From: an uncultured virus (IMG/VR IMGVR_UViG_3300044633_000831)
Lineage: Duplodnaviria > Heunggongvirae > Uroviricota > Caudoviricetes
IMG/VR virus record: IMGVR_UViG_3300044633_000831
Strand: one strand, 5' to 3'
Length of the DNA: 20,000 nucleotides
The notes under the pieces were generated by a model, which saw nothing but the letters and a program-made list of their open reading frames with translations, searched no databases and was not told the origin of the DNA. This document shows positions 17,166 through 20,000 of the stretch, in pieces (position 1 is the first letter of the stretch; every line of letters begins with the position of its first letter). The translations under genes and the position numbers were made by a program.

Positions 17166-17789
17166 ATGAAATCATTTACACAACATTTACTAGAATCAAA
17201 ACAAGTTTATGAATTTAAAATTAAAATTGCAGGAGAACCTGCAGATGAACAAATTAATAAACTTAAATGTGCATTAGAAAAATTCACAGTTGAATCTTTT
17301 TCAGAAGGCACCCGCACACCTATTCAAGAGTCTCACGTTGATTTTCCAGATCACGAAAACATTAACGTATCAACTTATAATGTTACATTAACTTATCCTG
17401 CAACTAGTTTTCAAATAAGATACCTAGCTGCAGAAGCAATGAATGTATCGCAAAGTTGTGTAAGGGTGCGAAATCTTAGAGAAGACGCCGAAACTGATAT
17501 CAACCATGCGCATGATATAAAAACAGGTGAATCATTATTAGGTAAAGATTATAACAAAGAAAATAATCAAAATTTAGTAGGTGAAACCCATAAGCTAGCA
17601 TTATTAAAAGAATTAAGCAAGGTTAAACATCAAGGTGAGCAATACAAAGGTGTTAACGATAAATTGTTAGCAAAAAAAGCACCTGTTGAAAAAACAACAG
17701 CTGCAAAAGTTGATAAAACACTTGGAATAATTAGCCCAATTGGATCTAGACAAGTTACGTTGCCAACTTCTAAAACAGGAAACTACTAA
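17166..17789 (+). CDS. Hypothetical protein, candidate capsid-targeted internal/core protein
   Basis: N-terminal MKSFTQHLLE resembles T4 capsid-targeting sequences. Late promoter and RBS present. Confidence 0.5.
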   Translation: MKSFTQHLLESKQVYEFKIKIAGEPADEQINKLKCALEKFTVESFSEGTRTPIQESHVDFPDHENINVSTYNVTLTYPATSFQIRYLAAEAMNVSQSCVRVRNLREDAETDINHAHDIKTGESLLGKDYNKENNQNLVGETHKLALLKELSKVKHQGEQYKGVNDKLLAKKAPVEKTTAAKVDKTLGIISPIGSRQVTLPTSKTGNY

Positions 17790-18643
17790 TGGATTTTAAA
17801 GAATTAATGCAAAAAATGCAACAAATTGATGAAGGGTTAACTATAGACCCTGCAATGGAAGAATGTGATGGAATGCCTGCAGCTATTATTCAAGGTGGAC
17901 ATCCACCTGAAGAATCATTAAACATGAACCTTACTATTAATAGTAAAGGTGCAGATGGCATTCGTGAATTAATAGATGTATTAAAAGGTATTGGCAGCAA
18001 CAATGATCCAACTGATGACCAACATGACGATAGTGAAATTGTCATTGGCGATAATTATGAGAATTCAGTTGACGATGATGCCGGTCCGCATACATACGGA
18101 ACTGATGCAGTTATCTTTAAAGGTAACGACATGCACAACAAAGGTAGAAAATCACTTAAGGTAAATGGTGGAGAAAATCCACAATTTCACGAATCAATAA
18201 TTTCTAATCTTTCTGCGTTATACGAAGAAATTAAAGGTCGTACTGCATTATCTGAAATGTCTCCTGAAGAAAAACAAGCTGCTCAAGATGCGTTCTTTGC
18301 TAAAGGCGGCACTGTAACACATGGAAAAAGTAAAAGAACTAAAAAAGATCGAATGATAGGTCGCCTTCCTGGAGAACACGAAAGTGGGGTTCTTCATTCT
18401 GTTGATGCAAAAGTTCCACCTAGACGTGCATCTAGACACGACCATGTTAATGTTGCTAGTAAAAAAGGAGAGATTACACCGGATTGGGAAGACAGATTAA
18501 ATAGATTAGCAGCAGTTGGTGATGAAGATCGAGCACGCAAGGCAGCTGAACGTGATGCAAAAGATCGTGAAGATAAAGACAATGAAATGAAATCATTTAA
18601 AAAGTTACAACGCCTTAACAGATCATTAGTTAAAGACTTATAA
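17789..18643 (+). CDS. Hypothetical highly charged protein, candidate internal head protein
   Basis: TAATG coupling. Acidic N-half, basic/charged C-half, several (I/L)xE motifs. Confidence 0.5.
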   Translation: MDFKELMQKMQQIDEGLTIDPAMEECDGMPAAIIQGGHPPEESLNMNLTINSKGADGIRELIDVLKGIGSNNDPTDDQHDDSEIVIGDNYENSVDDDAGPHTYGTDAVIFKGNDMHNKGRKSLKVNGGENPQFHESIISNLSALYEEIKGRTALSEMSPEEKQAAQDAFFAKGGTVTHGKSKRTKKDRMIGRLPGEHESGVLHSVDAKVPPRRASRHDHVNVASKKGEITPDWEDRLNRLAAVGDEDRARKAAERDAKDREDKDNEMKSFKKLQRLNRSLVKDL

Positions 18644-18664
18644 GTTAACTTAATCATAACTCAT

Positions 18665-18692
18665 AAAGCGGACATATTGTCCGCTTTTTTTT
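18665..18692 (+). terminator. Rho-independent terminator
   Basis: AAAGCGGACA-TAT-TGTCCGCTTT perfect 10-bp stem running into a T8 tract. Confidence 0.9.
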
Positions 18693-18699
18693 GTAAATA
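18693..18699 (+). promoter_or_regulatory. Variant late promoter box GTAAATA upstream of terL
   Basis: TAAATA core directly after the terminator, upstream of the AAGGA RBS and ATG 18723. Confidence 0.5.
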
Positions 18700-18722
18700 C
18701 ATAATACAAAAAAGGATTATAT

Positions 18723-19649
18723 ATGGGTAAATCGCTAGACGGTGTCCTTACAAAAAAAGCACACAAGACTGAAAAATTTGATGAGCAACAAATTAATGAC
18801 ATGCTGTTGTGTTCTGATACAGCTAACGGATTTTTACATTTTTCAAGAAAATTCTTTCATATCCAACACTCGGTAAAAGGTAAACTATTATTTCAGCCAT
18901 TTGATTATCAAGTTAATCTGTTAAATTGCTATCATGATCATCGTTTTAATATCAATATGTTACCTCGTCAAAGTGGTAAAACAACCTGTGCATCTGCGTA
19001 CTTGTTATGGTTTGCAATGTTTCATCCAGATCAAACTATTCTAATTGCAGCGCACAAATATACTGGTGCTCAAGAGATTATGCAACGTATACGATACGGA
19101 TACGAACTATGTCCGGACTTCTTACGTGCAGGGGTAGTAAGTTATAATAAAGGGTCTATGGAGTTTGATAACGGTTCTCGTATTGTAAGTCAAACTACTA
19201 CTGGTACTACAGGACGAGGTATGTCTATTTCGTTATTGTATTGCGATGAGTTTGCGTTCTTACAACCTAACATTGCTGAAGAATTTTGGACTTCTATATC
19301 ACCCACACTAGCAACTGGTGGACGTTGTATTATTACATCTACACCAAATAGTGACGAAGATCAATTTGCTACTATATGGAAAGAAAGTCAACAGTTTTTT
19401 GACGAGTTTGGCAATGAGAAAGCAGACAAAGTTGGCATTAACGGTTTTTCTGGATTTAGATCAGATTGGTGGGATCATCCAGATCGTGACGATGCATGGA
19501 AACAAGAAGAGCTTGGTCGTATAGGTGAGGAAAAGTTTAGACGTGAATACGGTTGTATTGTGCATGATTCAGTTGTAACTGTTAAATGGCCATCTGGAAA
19601 AATTGAAAAACTAACAATGGGCGATATTATGCGATTATTAAGTTCATAG
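18723..19649 (+). CDS. terL: Terminase large subunit (gp17), N-terminal ATPase part fused to a split-intein N-fragment
   Basis: Q motif PFDYQ, Walker A LPRQSGKTT, Walker B LLYCDEFAF, coupling motif ITSTPN, FRREYG. Nuclease domain absent. The last 31 aa are not terminase-like. Confidence 0.93.
   Translation: MGKSLDGVLTKKAHKTEKFDEQQINDMLLCSDTANGFLHFSRKFFHIQHSVKGKLLFQPFDYQVNLLNCYHDHRFNINMLPRQSGKTTCASAYLLWFAMFHPDQTILIAAHKYTGAQEIMQRIRYGYELCPDFLRAGVVSYNKGSMEFDNGSRIVSQTTTGTTGRGMSISLLYCDEFAFLQPNIAEEFWTSISPTLATGGRCIITSTPNSDEDQFATIWKESQQFFDEFGNEKADKVGINGFSGFRSDWWDHPDRDDAWKQEELGRIGEEKFRREYGCIVHDSVVTVKWPSGKIEKLTMGDIMRLLSS
19554..19646 (+). mobile_element. Short N-terminal fragment (IntN, 31 aa) of a naturally split intein
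   Basis: CIVHDSVVTVKWPSGKIEKLTMGDIMRLLSS-stop: Cys1 with intein block-A pattern (C-h-x-x-D-S/T-x-V) followed by G-x-I-x-K-h-x-h-x-D-h. It sits exactly where TerL normally continues with the conserved CEF. Confidence 0.85.
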
Positions 19650-19662
19650 TATATGACGAAAT

Positions 19663-19670
19663 GATAAATA
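19663..19670 (+). promoter_or_regulatory. Late promoter box GATAAATA for the endonuclease gene
   Basis: Same box as at 9141 and 14760; 5 nt before ATG 19676. Confidence 0.7.
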
Positions 19671-19675
19671 CTAGC

Positions 19676-20000
19676 ATGTATTATGTATATATTTATAAAA
19701 CCCCAATTAACATCACAGTAAGTTATATGAGTATTTTAGCAAATCAACCTTTTTATATTGGGAAGGGCCACGGTAGGCGATATAAAGATCATTTATCAGA
19801 AACTGCAGAAACTACGTGTAATCATTTAAAAGTTGCGGTAATTTCTAGATTAGTCGCGCAAAATCTAACTCCAGTTATAGAAATGTATCAAACTGAGTTA
19901 ACAGATGCTGCAGCAAAGGCTCTTGAAATTGATCTGATTAACCAGTACGGCCGATTAATTGATCATGCCGGCCCGTTAACAAATAAAACACTAGGCGGAG
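19676..20000 (+). CDS. GIY-YIG family homing endonuclease (partial, runs off window)
   Basis: Hand translation: MYYVYIYKTPINITVSYMSILANQPFYIGKGHGRRYKDHLSETAETTCNHLKVAVISRLVAQNLTPVIEMYQTELTDAAAKALEIDLINQYGRLIDHAGPLTNKTLGG. YVY and FYIGKG strands, R...H helix, catalytic Glu (ALEIDLI) and Asn (LTN..GG). Alternative in-frame ATG at 19661. Confidence 0.88.
   Translation, partial: MYYVYIYKTPINITVSYMSILANQPFYIGKGHGRRYKDHLSETAETTCNHLKVAVISRLVAQNLTPVIEMYQTELTDAAAKALEIDLINQYGRLIDHAGPLTNKTLGG

Noticed and set aside
57..19524. Overlapping alternate-frame and antisense ORFs in the track (e.g. 57..341, 1679..2011, 2417..2923, 11120..11557, 11603..11917, 18394..18657, 19318..19524)
   Set aside because: They lie wholly or almost wholly within well-supported genes, lack RBS and motifs, and are expected shadows of biased codon use.
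18723..19649. terL as a pseudogene or interrupted by a group I intron
   Set aside because: ATPase motifs are intact and the break is followed by an in-frame Cys-initiated intein-like peptide. No intron core is recognisable in the short gap, although downstream sequence is not visible.
19647..19664. TAG recoding/readthrough to extend TerL (it is the only TAG stop among the genes called)
   Set aside because: Readthrough adds only Y-M-T-K before an in-frame TGA, and no called gene needs an internal TAG.
19600..19680. -1 frameshift fusing IntN to the endonuclease as one contiguous intein
   Set aside because: The endonuclease frame is open from 19607, but there is no canonical X-XXY-YYZ slippery site in the TerL frame. 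The endonuclease has its own promoter and ATG, and the IntN length fits known short N-fragments.

Overview
AT-rich segment of a large T4-like (contractile-tailed) bacteriophage covering virion morphogenesis and DNA packaging. Bases 1-5718 (+) hold an accessory block: repeated tail-fibre/adhesin plus small-chaperone cassettes, a 2OG-Fe(II) oxygenase and two paralogous dUTPase-fold (DUF6065-like) proteins. Next come a minus-strand gp14-gp15-Nudix unit divergent from gp13, a dNMP kinase with a perfect sigma70 promoter, a long tail sheath (gp18), tail tube (gp19), a tube-fold baseplate protein, gp4, a probable small terminase and two candidate capsid-targeted internal proteins. The main finding is at the right end. 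The large terminase stops after its ATPase domain and ends in a 31-aa Cys-initiated peptide that looks like the short N-fragment of an atypically split intein. It is followed directly by a GIY-YIG homing endonuclease ORF (missing from the ORF track, running off the window) with its own late promoter, which is a 'fractured gene' arrangement requiring protein trans-splicing. T4-type late promoter boxes ((A)TAAATA) precede most structural units. All assignments come from reading motifs by eye; no searches were run.
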